DNA from: Candidatus Latescibacterota bacterium
Lineage (GTDB): Bacteria > Latescibacterota > UBA2968
Assembly: GCA_022821275.1 (NCBI GenBank)
Contig: JAJEDY010000033.1
Location: 82,780 to 146,779 of the forward strand
Length of the DNA: 64,000 bases
Reading direction: 5' to 3'
Position numbers and translations under genes: made by a program. The notes under the pieces were generated by a model, which saw nothing but the letters and a program-made list of their open reading frames with translations, ran no database searches and was not told the origin of the DNA. Shown here one piece after another: positions 49,313-59,010 of the stretch. Numbering within the stretch: the first letter of the stretch is position 1; each line of letters starts with the position of its first letter.

Positions 49313-52300
49313 ATGACGAGAAAACTCCCCTATAAACCCTGGCATGAGGTCGTACAACTGCGCGACGACCTGAAGACAGGCGAACTCTCGCTGGCCGTAT
49401 TTGCCGCTGACCTGTACGATGTGGTCATGCAAAAAGGCCAACGACCAATTTACGAAGACCCCGACAAGTTCTTCGCGCTCACCTTCCCCACCTACAACCT
49501 GCGAGAACTGGTCAAAGATGTGTGTCTCCGCCTGGCTGGTCAGACCGACAAAGCGTATCGAAAACTCTCCGTCAACTACGGCGGCGGCAAAACCCATACA
49601 CTCATCGCACTCAGACATCTGGCACACGACCCAGACGCGCTGCCCGATCTGCCAGCAGTCCGGGAATTTGAGGCCCACATTGGCTTCAAGTCTCCAAAGG
49701 CACGGGTCGCGGCACTGTGCTTCGACAAGATTGACCTGGAAATGGGCGTCGAGACAACGGGCCCCGATGGCACTACCAGAATGCTCAAGTATCCCTGGAG
49801 CATTCTCGCCTTTCAATTGGCGGGAGCGGACGGCCTCAAGCTCATCCACGCCGAAAGCAAAGACGAGGAACGCGAAACACCACCCGCGGAACCACTTGTT
49901 GTAGAACTGCTGTCGAGGCCACAAGAAAAGGATCTTTCAACCCTCGTTCTCCTCGATGAAGTATTGATGTATATCCGCACAAAAGTGGAAAATGACCCGG
50001 ACTGGCGTGGACGGTTAACGAGCTTCTTTCAATACCTCACGCAAGCCGTTGTGAAGGTAGATCGCTGTGCCATGGTAGCCTCACTTCTCGCCTCGGACCC
50101 CAAAAAGCATGACAAATTGGGAAACGAATTGTTTCAAGACGTATCCGACGTCTTTGGTCGCCAGATGGAAGAAGACGCCAGTCCCGTGAGCAAAGAGGAT
50201 GTGGCAGAGGTTCTGCGACGGCGCTTCTTCAAACCCGAGTCCATTAGCGATGAGGGCGTTTTCCGTCCGCATGTGACCTCGGTGGTGAGTAACATCGCCG
50301 CACTCGACGAACAGACCAAAAAAGAGCAGGTAAACGCGGAAAAACGCTATTTAGACAGTTATCCCTTTCACCCGGACCTCACCGAAATCTTCTACACCCG
50401 CTGGACCCAACTCGAAGGATTCCAGCGCACCCGCGGCATCTTGCGGACATTTGCCATTGCCCTGCGCGATGCGGAAAAGTGGGACACAAGCCCGTTGGTG
50501 GGGCCAAATGTGTTTTTGGACGACCCGGAAAAGAGCGATCTTGCCGAATCCGCAGGAGAACTCGCATCCTTTGCCAGCGTTGACACAGACACTGGCAGCC
50601 ACCAGCAATGGCGTCCCATTCTCGAAGGCGAACTCGACAAAGCGCGTGAGATTCAATCCGAAGCGACGGGTCTGCACCACCGGGAGATAGAACAGGCAGT
50701 CATTTCGGTATTTCTAAGTTCTCAGCCAATCGGTCACAAAGCATTGATGCCCGAGTTACTCGTACTGCTTGGAGCAGCCAACCCGGACAAGATAGAATTG
50801 GAAAAAGCCCTGCGTCGCTGGACCGACGTGTCCTGGTTTTTAGACGAAGTGGAGATCGCCACAGGAGAAACCGACTCGGGCGACCAGTTGCCGAAGGCAT
50901 GGCGGCTGGGCAATCGCCCCAATCTGCGCCAGATGCATCACGACGCCTGTAGTACGCGCGTACCACTCCCACTCGTGGAATCACAGGTTATCGATGCCAT
51001 CGAAAAACTCAAGGAACTCACCACGGGCGCATCCGCGGCGGGAGCAAGAGTTCACACCTTACCGGAACGCCCATCCGATATCGCAGACGATGGCGAGTTT
51101 CACTACGCAGTCCTCGGTCCAAAATCAGCCTCGGAATCCGGCAAACCCAGCGCGGAAGCGAAGCGGTTCATCAACGAGACGACCGCGGCTGACCGCCCTC
51201 GGGTCTATCGCAATGCAATCGTCCTCGCCGTTCCTTCCAGAGATGGCCTCGATGCCGTGCGTACACGAGTTCGAGAGTATCTGGGCTGGCAAGAAGTCCG
51301 CGATCAACTCAAGGGCCAGCAGATTGATCCCATTCGAGAACAGATGCTCGCCGATGAAATAAGGACGGCAAGCAAACGCATCCCGGATGCGATCAGGCAG
51401 GCATATTCCATAGTCGTGACCGTCAACGAAACCAATGATATCCATGCTTTCAAAATCGTAGTGACCGACGAACCTTTATTCACGATTATCAAAGCCGACA
51501 AGCGATCGCGCATCCAGGAAACCGCGATCAGCGCAGAGGCAATGATGCCAGGCGGCCCCTACGACTTGTGGCGAGAAGACGAGCAATCTCGTCGGGTCAA
51601 GGATCTGGTCGGTGCTTTCGCCCAGTACCCAAAACTGCCCAAGATGCTACGCGGAAAGGAGATTCTGGATACAGTTGTACAAGGCGTTCAGCAGGGAATC
51701 TGGGTGGCACAGATCGTGCGACCAGACCGTACAGTCAGGACATTCTGGCATACGACTATTGATGAGCCTGCTCTTAAAGACTCCAGTCTGGAGGTATTTC
51801 TACCTGAATTTGCCACACTGAGCGAGCTCGCGCCCGATTTGTTGGCATATCAGAGGCTCCCGGGGTTCTGGTCGGGCGAAGAAATCAGTGTCCAGGACGT
51901 GTACGACTACTTCGCTGGTGGTCACACTGTTACCGTACCCCAAGAAGGATATGAAGAAATACTCACCATCCCGAAATGCGAACCAGCAGATGTCGAGACC
52001 GCGATTTCACAAGCCGTAGAACAAGGGCTGGTGTGGTTGACCAGCGGACCGGCGTCAATTTTGAAGGAACCTGTCCCTGCCGGTGTGCTCAGCCCCACTG
52101 CGATATTGCAACCCCCACCCGAACGGATTGACGTTGCCGAACTAATGGCCGATTCAATCCCAGATGCGTGGAAAAACGATAAGACAAACGCCCTTGCCAT
52201 CACCACTGCGCTCTCGACCCAGCGGGGCATGACCCTCCCCTGGCACACAGTGAAATCGGCGATAGATGATGGTATCCGCGCCCGATGGATAGAACTCAGC

Positions 52301-52627
52301 GACAGCAACATCACATGGCCGTGCGACTTCAATGGTGCCCAGCAGGTGGTTCTTCAGATTCCCCAAAACGAAAAAATTCGCGAGGATGAAAAGGACCGCT
52401 ACCAGCCGACGCCATCGGGACCGCTTACTGCCGAAGCTGCCCTGGAAGCCAACGGCATCCAAGATTTGGCGGATCAGATCCCAGGCATAACTAAAGCAGC
52501 GGTCGGCAGTAACCTAAAATTTAACGTCCGTATCGAGTTCAGCGGAGAAACCACTCCCGATCCAGAGCAAGTACAAAAGATCAACGAGTTGCTCTCTGAT
52601 GTGTCCGACGATCTAAAGCTCTCTTGA
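49313..52627 (+). CDS. DUF499-family P-loop ATPase (BrxC/PglY-like), 1104 aa
   Basis: The N-terminus KPWHEV...LAVFAADLYDV...YEDPDKFFALTFPTYNLREL...SVNYGGGKTHTLIALRHL follows the DUF499 consensus, including a GGGKTH Walker A. The region is visibly GC-richer than its flanks. Confidence 0.7.
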   Translation: MTRKLPYKPWHEVVQLRDDLKTGELSLAVFAADLYDVVMQKGQRPIYEDPDKFFALTFPTYNLRELVKDVCLRLAGQTDKAYRKLSVNYGGGKTHTLIALRHLAHDPDALPDLPAVREFEAHIGFKSPKARVAALCFDKIDLEMGVETTGPDGTTRMLKYPWSILAFQLAGADGLKLIHAESKDEERETPPAEPLVVELLSRPQEKDLSTLVLLDEVLMYIRTKVENDPDWRGRLTSFFQYLTQAVVKVDRCAMVASLLASDPKKHDKLGNELFQDVSDVFGRQMEEDASPVSKEDVAEVLRRRFFKPESISDEGVFRPHVTSVVSNIAALDEQTKKEQVNAEKRYLDSYPFHPDLTEIFYTRWTQLEGFQRTRGILRTFAIALRDAEKWDTSPLVGPNVFLDDPEKSDLAESAGELASFASVDTDTGSHQQWRPILEGELDKAREIQSEATGLHHREIEQAVISVFLSSQPIGHKALMPELLVLLGAANPDKIELEKALRRWTDVSWFLDEVEIATGETDSGDQLPKAWRLGNRPNLRQMHHDACSTRVPLPLVESQVIDAIEKLKELTTGASAAGARVHTLPERPSDIADDGEFHYAVLGPKSASESGKPSAEAKRFINETTAADRPRVYRNAIVLAVPSRDGLDAVRTRVREYLGWQEVRDQLKGQQIDPIREQMLADEIRTASKRIPDAIRQAYSIVVTVNETNDIHAFKIVVTDEPLFTIIKADKRSRIQETAISAEAMMPGGPYDLWREDEQSRRVKDLVGAFAQYPKLPKMLRGKEILDTVVQGVQQGIWVAQIVRPDRTVRTFWHTTIDEPALKDSSLEVFLPEFATLSELAPDLLAYQRLPGFWSGEEISVQDVYDYFAGGHTVTVPQEGYEEILTIPKCEPADVETAISQAVEQGLVWLTSGPASILKEPVPAGVLSPTAILQPPPERIDVAELMADSIPDAWKNDKTNALAITTALSTQRGMTLPWHTVKSAIDDGIRARWIELSDSNITWPCDFNGAQQVVLQIPQNEKIREDEKDRYQPTPSGPLTAEAALEANGIQDLADQIPGITKAAVGSNLKFNVRIEFSGETTPDPEQVQKINELLSDVSDDLKLS

Positions 52628-52821
52628 GTCGGATGAAGCAACAAAGCGTTCTGGCAATGCCGCTTGAAGGATCCACCTCAAGCGAAATGGAAGCCGCCGA
52701 ATAACGCAGACGCAATCAAACTCACGGTGTAAATTATGAGGTGGAGGTCATGGAGGCCCGCGTTGCGCTACGGCACCAAGACCCCTCGCCGTCAGGGAGT
52801 CTCAACATGACGACAACAGCC

Positions 52822-54408
52822 ATGCGTTTCTTCAACACCGCTGGTCCCATCAAGGCGGAGATGCACTACCACATTCCGCCCCTGGCCCGGCTCGACGTCG
52901 ATGACCTCCTGATGCTCATCCGACAGGAAAAGTACTTCGTCCTGCACGCGCCTCGCCAGACCGGCAAGACCTCCGCGCTCCTATCACTAAGGGACGACCT
53001 CAATGCCAGCGGCGAGTTCCGCTGTGCGTACGTCAACGTCGAAATCGGACAAGCGGCACGGGAAGACGTGGGCGCGGCCATGCAGGCGATTCTCAGCGCG
53101 CTGGGTCGTGCTGCACGCCACACGCTGGACGACCTGTTCATCTCTCAAGTCTGGCCCGACATTCTCGATAGCGCCGGTCCCAACGACGCGCTGGGAGAAA
53201 CTCTTGCACGCTGGGCCGAGTCGGATGCCAGACCGCTGGTGCTCATGATCGACGAGATCGACGCGCTGATCGGCGACACCCTGCTGTCCGTGCTGCGACA
53301 ATTGCGCGCTGGCTACCCGGAGCGTCCGCGCCGGTTTCCACAGAGCGTGATCTTGTGCGGCGTGCGCGATGTGCGCGATTACCGCATCCAATCTTCCGCC
53401 GAGAATGCCATCATCGCCGGGGGCAGCGCGTTCAATATTCGCGCCGAGTCCCTGCGGCTTGGAGACTTCTCTTACGACGACGTCGAATCGCTGCTGGAAC
53501 AACACACCGCAGAGACCGGACAGACATTCGCCGAAGAGGCGCGCGCCGCGGTCTGGGAACTGACCCAGGGCCAGCCCTGGCTGGTCAACGCCCTGGCCTA
53601 CGAAGCCTGCTTCAAGAACAAAGCCGGACGCGACCGCAGCCAGTCAATCACCGCCGACGCCATCCAGAACGCACGCGAACAGTTGATCCTGCGCCGCGAG
53701 ACCCACCTGGACCAACTCACCGACAAGCTCCAGGAGGAACGGGTGCGCCGGGTAATCGAACCGCTACTAAAAGGATCCGATGAAGCTGGCTCGTTTGCCG
53801 ACGACGACTTGCAGTACGTACGCGACCTGGGCCTCGTGCGCACCGACAATCCAATTGCCGTTGCCAACCCAATTTATCGCGAGGTAGTCCCGCGCGACCT
53901 CACCTACACCACCCAGGCGGGCTTTCATCATGACCCGACCTGGTACATTGATGCTAACGGCACCCTGCAAGCAGGCAAGCTACTGGCCGCGTTCCAGACG
54001 TTTTTCCGCGAGCACTCCGAGCACTGGATAGAGCGATTCCAGTACAAGGAAGCCGGTCCGCAGTTGTTGCTACAGGCATTTTTGCAGCGCATCATCAACA
54101 GCGGCGGACGGATTGAACGCGAGTATGGCCTGGGTCGGATGCGGACGGATTTGCTGGTGGTATGGCCGGTGGACGGGGATTCCAGCAGGATACAGAAGGT
54201 CGTCATTGAGTGCAAACTACTGCACCGGAATCTGGAGCAGACATTGCGCGACGGGCTTGAGCAAACACGCGCCTACATGGACCGTTGCGCGACGGTGGAA
54301 GGACACCTCGTACTCTTTGACCGCACCGAGGACAAGTCGTGGGACGACAAGGTGTATCGCCGCGACGAAACCGAAGGCGGCGCACCGGTCACGGTGTGGG
54401 GGATGTGA
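52822..54408 (+). CDS. Predicted AAA ATPase (AAA_35-like N-terminus) fused to C-terminal PD-(D/E)xK nuclease domain
   Basis: The MRFFNTAGPIKAEMHYHIP start is characteristic of the family, and the Walker A is APRQTGKTSALL. The C-terminal DLLVVWPVDGD...VVIECK gives the D...ExK nuclease motif. Start trimmed to M28 of the ORF. Confidence 0.65.
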   Translation: MRFFNTAGPIKAEMHYHIPPLARLDVDDLLMLIRQEKYFVLHAPRQTGKTSALLSLRDDLNASGEFRCAYVNVEIGQAAREDVGAAMQAILSALGRAARHTLDDLFISQVWPDILDSAGPNDALGETLARWAESDARPLVLMIDEIDALIGDTLLSVLRQLRAGYPERPRRFPQSVILCGVRDVRDYRIQSSAENAIIAGGSAFNIRAESLRLGDFSYDDVESLLEQHTAETGQTFAEEARAAVWELTQGQPWLVNALAYEACFKNKAGRDRSQSITADAIQNAREQLILRRETHLDQLTDKLQEERVRRVIEPLLKGSDEAGSFADDDLQYVRDLGLVRTDNPIAVANPIYREVVPRDLTYTTQAGFHHDPTWYIDANGTLQAGKLLAAFQTFFREHSEHWIERFQYKEAGPQLLLQAFLQRIINSGGRIEREYGLGRMRTDLLVVWPVDGDSSRIQKVVIECKLLHRNLEQTLRDGLEQTRAYMDRCATVEGHLVLFDRTEDKSWDDKVYRRDETEGGAPVTVWGM

Positions 54409-54471
54409 TTGGGGAACTGATGGAAACTGCTGAGTAACTCAGAAAGAGATCAAAATAGGAGCGCATCAACC

Positions 54472-55596
54472 ATGAAAATCACCGACGTGGAAACCATCGT
54501 AATCCAAAACATCCAGCCTTATCGCGGGGGGCGATACTGGCTCTTTATCCAGCTCATCACCGACGAAGGCATCGTCGGACTGGGCGAGCGACCTTCGGGA
54601 AATGCCACCAATTTGGACTCTCAAATCAGCCTCATCAAAAACCTGTGCCAGCAATTCGCCATTGGCACAAGCCCCTTTGACATCGAAAGCCTGTGGCAGC
54701 GCATCTTTGCGTCTCGACACGACTATCGCCACCCCGGCCTCGACGCCACACCCGCCTTAAGCGCCATTGAAATGGCGTGTTGGGACATCGTCGGCAAAGC
54801 ATTGAACCAGCCCATCTACAACCTGATCGGCGGCAGAGTCCACGAAAAACTCAGGGCTTATGCCTATATGCCAACCGATGGCATCTGGGAAAATCCAGAA
54901 CGCGCGGGCGAGATTGCAACCCGTCTGGTCGCGGAAGGAAACACCGCCTGCAAATTCGATCCCTTCCACCCAATCTTTCCCAATCCGCGCGACTTCTCAC
55001 TCAAAACCATCCGCCACGTCGCCAAAATATTCAAAAGCATCCGGGACGCAGTCGGCGACGAATTGGAAATCGGCATCGGCACCCACGGACAATTCAGCAC
55101 ATCTGGCGCAATCCGCGTGGCAAAAGAACTGGAAGAATTCAGTCCCTTCTGGTTCGAAGAACCCGTCCCCCCAGAAAACATCGACGAAATGGCCCGGGTC
55201 GCCGCCCACACCAGCATTCCAATCGCCACGGGCGAGCGACTCGTCACCAAATACGAATTTGCCGAACTCCTCAAAAAACAGGCCGCGCAAATCCTGCAAT
55301 TAGACGTGGGACAATGCGGCGGAATATTGGAATCGAAAAAAATCGCCAGCATGGCCGAAGCCCACTACGCCCTCATCGCACCCCACATGTATTGCGGACC
55401 AGTCGCCGCAGCCGCCGCAGTGCAACTCGACACATGCTCGCCGAATTTCTTAATCCAGGAATTCAACGCCAACGACCTCCACAGCGAAATATTCAAAGAA
55501 CCAATCCTATTTGAAAACGGCTATATCACCCCGCCAACAGGACCTGGTCTGGGCATCGAACTCGACGAATCAGTGGTTGCGAAACACCGCGCGTAA
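54472..55596 (+). CDS. Enolase-superfamily dehydratase (mandelate racemase / D-galactonate or mannonate dehydratase-like)
   Basis: MKITDVETIVIQ...GLGE N-terminal capping domain and a TIM barrel with acidic metal ligands. 374 aa. Confidence 0.7.
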   Translation: MKITDVETIVIQNIQPYRGGRYWLFIQLITDEGIVGLGERPSGNATNLDSQISLIKNLCQQFAIGTSPFDIESLWQRIFASRHDYRHPGLDATPALSAIEMACWDIVGKALNQPIYNLIGGRVHEKLRAYAYMPTDGIWENPERAGEIATRLVAEGNTACKFDPFHPIFPNPRDFSLKTIRHVAKIFKSIRDAVGDELEIGIGTHGQFSTSGAIRVAKELEEFSPFWFEEPVPPENIDEMARVAAHTSIPIATGERLVTKYEFAELLKKQAAQILQLDVGQCGGILESKKIASMAEAHYALIAPHMYCGPVAAAAAVQLDTCSPNFLIQEFNANDLHSEIFKEPILFENGYITPPTGPGLGIELDESVVAKHRA

Positions 55597-55671
55597 GGTT
55601 GCGTAAAATTGTGTTATCGGCTATAATCTATTGTTGCCATGTCATCATTATGAGACGCTAAGGAGAACAGC

Positions 55672-55947
55672 ATGAAAGTACGACAACCGCGTTATAGCAA
55701 AGAAGAGTTCGCCCGACGTGGTCAGACATTCTACGAGCAACAAGTGAGGGCGCAGGTGGAAGAAGGCAACAGTGGCAGGATCGTGGCGATTGATATTGAG
55801 ACAGGTGAGTTCGAGGTAGCGGACGACCCACTTGCCGCCTCTGACCAACTTTTTGCGCGTTGTCCAGATGCACAGCCGTGGTTGATCCGCATCGGCCACC
55901 GTGCGCTACATCGGTTCGGACACTCTCATGCCAGTGGTTTGACATGA
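55672..55947 (+). CDS. Small hypothetical protein, translationally coupled partner of the retropepsin-like protease
   Basis: 91 aa whose stop overlaps the next gene's ATG (ATGA at 55944..55947). An aggagaa RBS lies upstream. Confidence 0.45.
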   Translation: MKVRQPRYSKEEFARRGQTFYEQQVRAQVEEGNSGRIVAIDIETGEFEVADDPLAASDQLFARCPDAQPWLIRIGHRALHRFGHSHASGLT

Positions 55948-56321
55948 TTGAGGGTACAGTAAACGAGAATTACGAGGCGACCATACACCTTACCCTTCGC
56001 GGCACTGCCGGGGAGGAACATGACATTGAGGCCATAATCGATACCGGCTTCACCGGTCATCTGACGCTCCCCATGGCGTTGATTGACCGACTGGCTCTGC
56101 CCTGGCAAAGTCGTGGCCAGGCACTACTGGCCGATGGCAGTTTGCACGTATTCGACGCGTACATAGGGATTGTGTTATGGAACGGACAGGATCGCACGGT
56201 AGAAGTGGACGCGGCAGACACTGATCCCCTTGTAGGAATGGGTTTACTCAGAGGGCACGGCCTGAGAGTGGATGTAGTGGAAAATGGCGCGGTGAAGATT
56301 GAGAAGTTGGTTTCTGGATAA
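55944..56321 (+). CDS. Retropepsin-like (clan AA) aspartic protease
   Basis: AIIDTGFTGHLTLP is the D-T-G active-site motif, and GMGLLRG resembles the flap/dimer region. About 125 aa. Confidence 0.65.
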   Translation: MIEGTVNENYEATIHLTLRGTAGEEHDIEAIIDTGFTGHLTLPMALIDRLALPWQSRGQALLADGSLHVFDAYIGIVLWNGQDRTVEVDAADTDPLVGMGLLRGHGLRVDVVENGAVKIEKLVSG

Positions 56322-56367
56322 AATCTTTGTTAGCTGGTGTTACCCTGTTTGTTTGGAAAGTTTATCT

Positions 56368-56406
56368 AAAAAAAAAGCGGTGATCCGAAGACCACCGCTT
56401 TTTTCC
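56368..56406. terminator. Bidirectional rho-independent terminator (A9, GCGGTG...CACCGC, T6)
   Basis: Read directly. It lies between the convergent aspartic protease and HtrA-like genes. Confidence 0.6.
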
Positions 56407-56421
56407 GTTTATCGCGAACGC

Positions 56422-57576
56422 TTACTTGTCGCGATGCAAAATCTGTCGCAAACGCCCGACTTCTTGTTGCAGATAATTGATATGTTGATAAACCGCTGCG
56501 TCTTCGGGCTTGACCCGAGATGCTGGACGCAAAGCGATCAAAGCAGCGCTATCCATCTGATCCAGCTCGACCTGTATCGCCACCACCTGTCCCTCGCGCC
56601 GAATCCCCAGCGTTGCGGTCTCGCCCGGCGTACTTTCCAGCACCATCCGCTTCAAATGCACCGGACCACCAATGGCGCGCCCGCGATATGAAAGCACCAC
56701 ATCGCCCGGCTGAATCCCGCCCTCAGTCGCGGGACTATTGGGCTGCACATTGACCACCACCACCTCGTTGCCCCGTTGCGCAACCTCCACACCCAATTTG
56801 CCATACGCCACCTGCCCGTGTGCAACCAGTGCGCGCGCCACCCGCATCGCGCGATTAATCGGAATGACAAAAACCGACGACGGAAGGGAATGCCATCCAA
56901 ACAGAGAACCATCGTTTTGTGTAACGGCGCGAATCGGGTCTTCATAGCGCCACACCATGCCCCCAACCCGTCCATTACCGCAAAACACAGGTGCCCCGCC
57001 ATAACTGCTCTGCACGCGGGCTGACACCTGCAACAAATCTCTATCCCGATAGATTCCGTACACCATCCCAACAGAAGGCACCAGATTGCCAAAGTCATTG
57101 CCCAGCAAAAGGGCGTAATGCCCAATTTTAATATGCTGTGAATCTCCCACCACAACCGTGGGCAAATTTTCTGCCTCAACGCGAATAACAGCAATCCCCG
57201 AAATCGGATCTGCTCCCACGAGCGAAGCCCGCACCTGTACGCCAGAAGCCAGCGTCACCCGAATCTCATCGGCATCTGCAATAGCGGCTTCAATCGTTAA
57301 AATATAACCCTGGGGATCAAAAATAAACCCCGTACCGTGGGTAAACACCGAACCAAACGGCCCGCTATCTGCCCGCGCACGGGGTGGATACAGCGTGTGA
57401 ATCCGCACCACACTCTGCCGATTATCTTTCAAAATTGCAGCAATTTCCTCTTCAAGCCTGCACAACAGGCTGCGTTCTTCCGTCCATCCCTTGCCCACAA
57501 AGAGCAGGCACAACGCCATTGCGCAACACAAAGATCTCATGATCCCGCCTCTCTCCACTTGTCGAGTCAACGTCAA
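56422..57576 (-). CDS. HtrA/DegP-like S1C protease homolog with PDZ domain; catalytic His and Ser apparently substituted
   Basis: GYILTIEAAI replaces the canonical TNNHVV (His to Ala), and SSYGGAP replaces GNSGGAL (Ser to Tyr). Asp is retained. A C-terminal PDZ-like region is present (GIQPGDVVLSYRGRAI). It is co-operonic with the anti-sigma factor. Confidence 0.65.
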   Translation of the reverse strand: MTLTRQVERGGIMRSLCCAMALCLLFVGKGWTEERSLLCRLEEEIAAILKDNRQSVVRIHTLYPPRARADSGPFGSVFTHGTGFIFDPQGYILTIEAAIADADEIRVTLASGVQVRASLVGADPISGIAVIRVEAENLPTVVVGDSQHIKIGHYALLLGNDFGNLVPSVGMVYGIYRDRDLLQVSARVQSSYGGAPVFCGNGRVGGMVWRYEDPIRAVTQNDGSLFGWHSLPSSVFVIPINRAMRVARALVAHGQVAYGKLGVEVAQRGNEVVVVNVQPNSPATEGGIQPGDVVLSYRGRAIGGPVHLKRMVLESTPGETATLGIRREGQVVAIQVELDQMDSAALIALRPASRVKPEDAAVYQHINYLQQEVGRLRQILHRDK

Positions 57577-58193
57577 AATGAATACGAAACGGGAACCTGT
57601 TTCACGCGGCGCAAATCGCGCATATCCGATGGTAGATGCTTCAACCGCGATGCGGAATCCACACGCGCCGAATCCCGATAATGACGAGAATTCAGACTAT
57701 AAGACTCCTTGGACAAACGCTCCAATTCCAGAGCACCGACATCGACACTGGGCAATCTCTCGCCCGGCACCAGTGGAATCTCCTGGCGCTCCACTGCCAC
57801 TTGTGGGGCAGGTGTCATATCGCTATGAAAAACCACCTGAGTCAACCCCAGGCCGATCACCACAGCCGCAGCCAGCGTTGTAATCGTCCGCGAAACAGAA
57901 GAAAACATAGTGCGCCGCGCCCTGTGCAAAAGCTGTTTTTCTTTTGCCATTGCCATTGCCAAATGGCTACGCAGGGTAAAATCAAACTCAGCCGATGGGC
58001 GCACCTGTGGCAATTGTGCCATGCGCTCCTTCAAAGCTTGCACATCGGTCAGCAAAGTGCGACAATGCTCGCACTCGGCAGCTTTGCGCTCCATTTCCGC
58101 CATCTCAACCGGACTCATTTCGCCATCTACATAAGCCGAAACGCGCGCTTCAAAATCAGTAACGGTCATGTCTCGATTTAACCTCCGTTTCAA
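57573..58193 (-). CDS. Anti-sigma factor, zinc-finger (zf-HC2) type with one TM
   Basis: ECEHCRTLL is the HxxxCxxC motif. A central hydrophobic helix (ITTLAAAVVIGLGL) follows. Confidence 0.65.
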   Translation of the reverse strand: MKRRLNRDMTVTDFEARVSAYVDGEMSPVEMAEMERKAAECEHCRTLLTDVQALKERMAQLPQVRPSAEFDFTLRSHLAMAMAKEKQLLHRARRTMFSSVSRTITTLAAAVVIGLGLTQVVFHSDMTPAPQVAVERQEIPLVPGERLPSVDVGALELERLSKESYSLNSRHYRDSARVDSASRLKHLPSDMRDLRRVKQVPVSYSF

Positions 58194-58199
58194 GATATC

Positions 58200-58811
58200 T
58201 CAAACATTCAGGCCCACATCTCGGCCTTCATTTTTCAATTTTTGTTGCAATTTTAAGCGCCCGCGATTGACGCGTGACTTCACCGTCCCAACCGGACACT
58301 TCACAATTTCAGAAATCTCATAATACGACATACCTTCCACATCGCGCAACAAAATCACCTGGCGATAATTATCGGGCAACGAAGCAATAGCACTCTGAAT
58401 CTCCACATCGACCAGCGAAGACTCTGCCATTTGATCGGGACGCATAGACTCATCGGGCAAATCCATGCCCGTATCTGACTCCTCGTCTCGGTCCAGCGAA
58501 AACAACCGCCATCGCTTGCGCCTTCTCAATTCACTCTTGGCCAAATTACCGGCAATCGTAAACAGCCATGTAGAAAAATTGGCAATTGCGCGGTATTCCT
58601 CGCGCTTTCCAAACGCGCGCAAAAACGCCTCTTGCACGATATCTTCTGCTGTTTCCCGATCGCCCACAAAGCGAAAAACAAAATTGTACAACCGCCCTTG
58701 ATAGCGCCGCACAATTTTTCCATAAGCATCAATATCACCAGCGGAGACCTCAGCTAAAATCTCCACATCGGGTTGTTCGCCAAGTCCATATCTCGAATTT
58801 GCCATAAGCAT
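58200..58811 (-). CDS. ECF (group IV) RNA polymerase sigma-70 factor
   Basis: Region 2 ([13 protein letters not shown]) and region 4 ([21 protein letters not shown]). Start trimmed to MLMANS. Confidence 0.8.
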   Translation of the reverse strand: MLMANSRYGLGEQPDVEILAEVSAGDIDAYGKIVRRYQGRLYNFVFRFVGDRETAEDIVQEAFLRAFGKREEYRAIANFSTWLFTIAGNLAKSELRRRKRWRLFSLDRDEESDTGMDLPDESMRPDQMAESSLVDVEIQSAIASLPDNYRQVILLRDVEGMSYYEISEIVKCPVGTVKSRVNRGRLKLQQKLKNEGRDVGLNV

Positions 58812-59010
58812 GGAATCCCTCCCCTTCGGGCATGTATCCCCTCTCATCCCAAAGCTTTATATCCTCAATCCTACTATTAAACCCTTCACACGCCCTCAGG
58901 GTTCCCAAAAATACGCGCCGCCTGTTTTTCCGCATTGCGCCTTCATCAATCCCGTCTTATATTCAACTTCCCAAATTCGATACGCCCATTTAAGAAAGCG
59001 AGGAACTCCG

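Noticed and set aside
54777-55514. 245-aa and 147-aa alternate-frame ORFs inside the enolase-superfamily gene
   Set aside because: Arg/Pro-rich, same-strand off-frame artefacts of a clearly coding gene.
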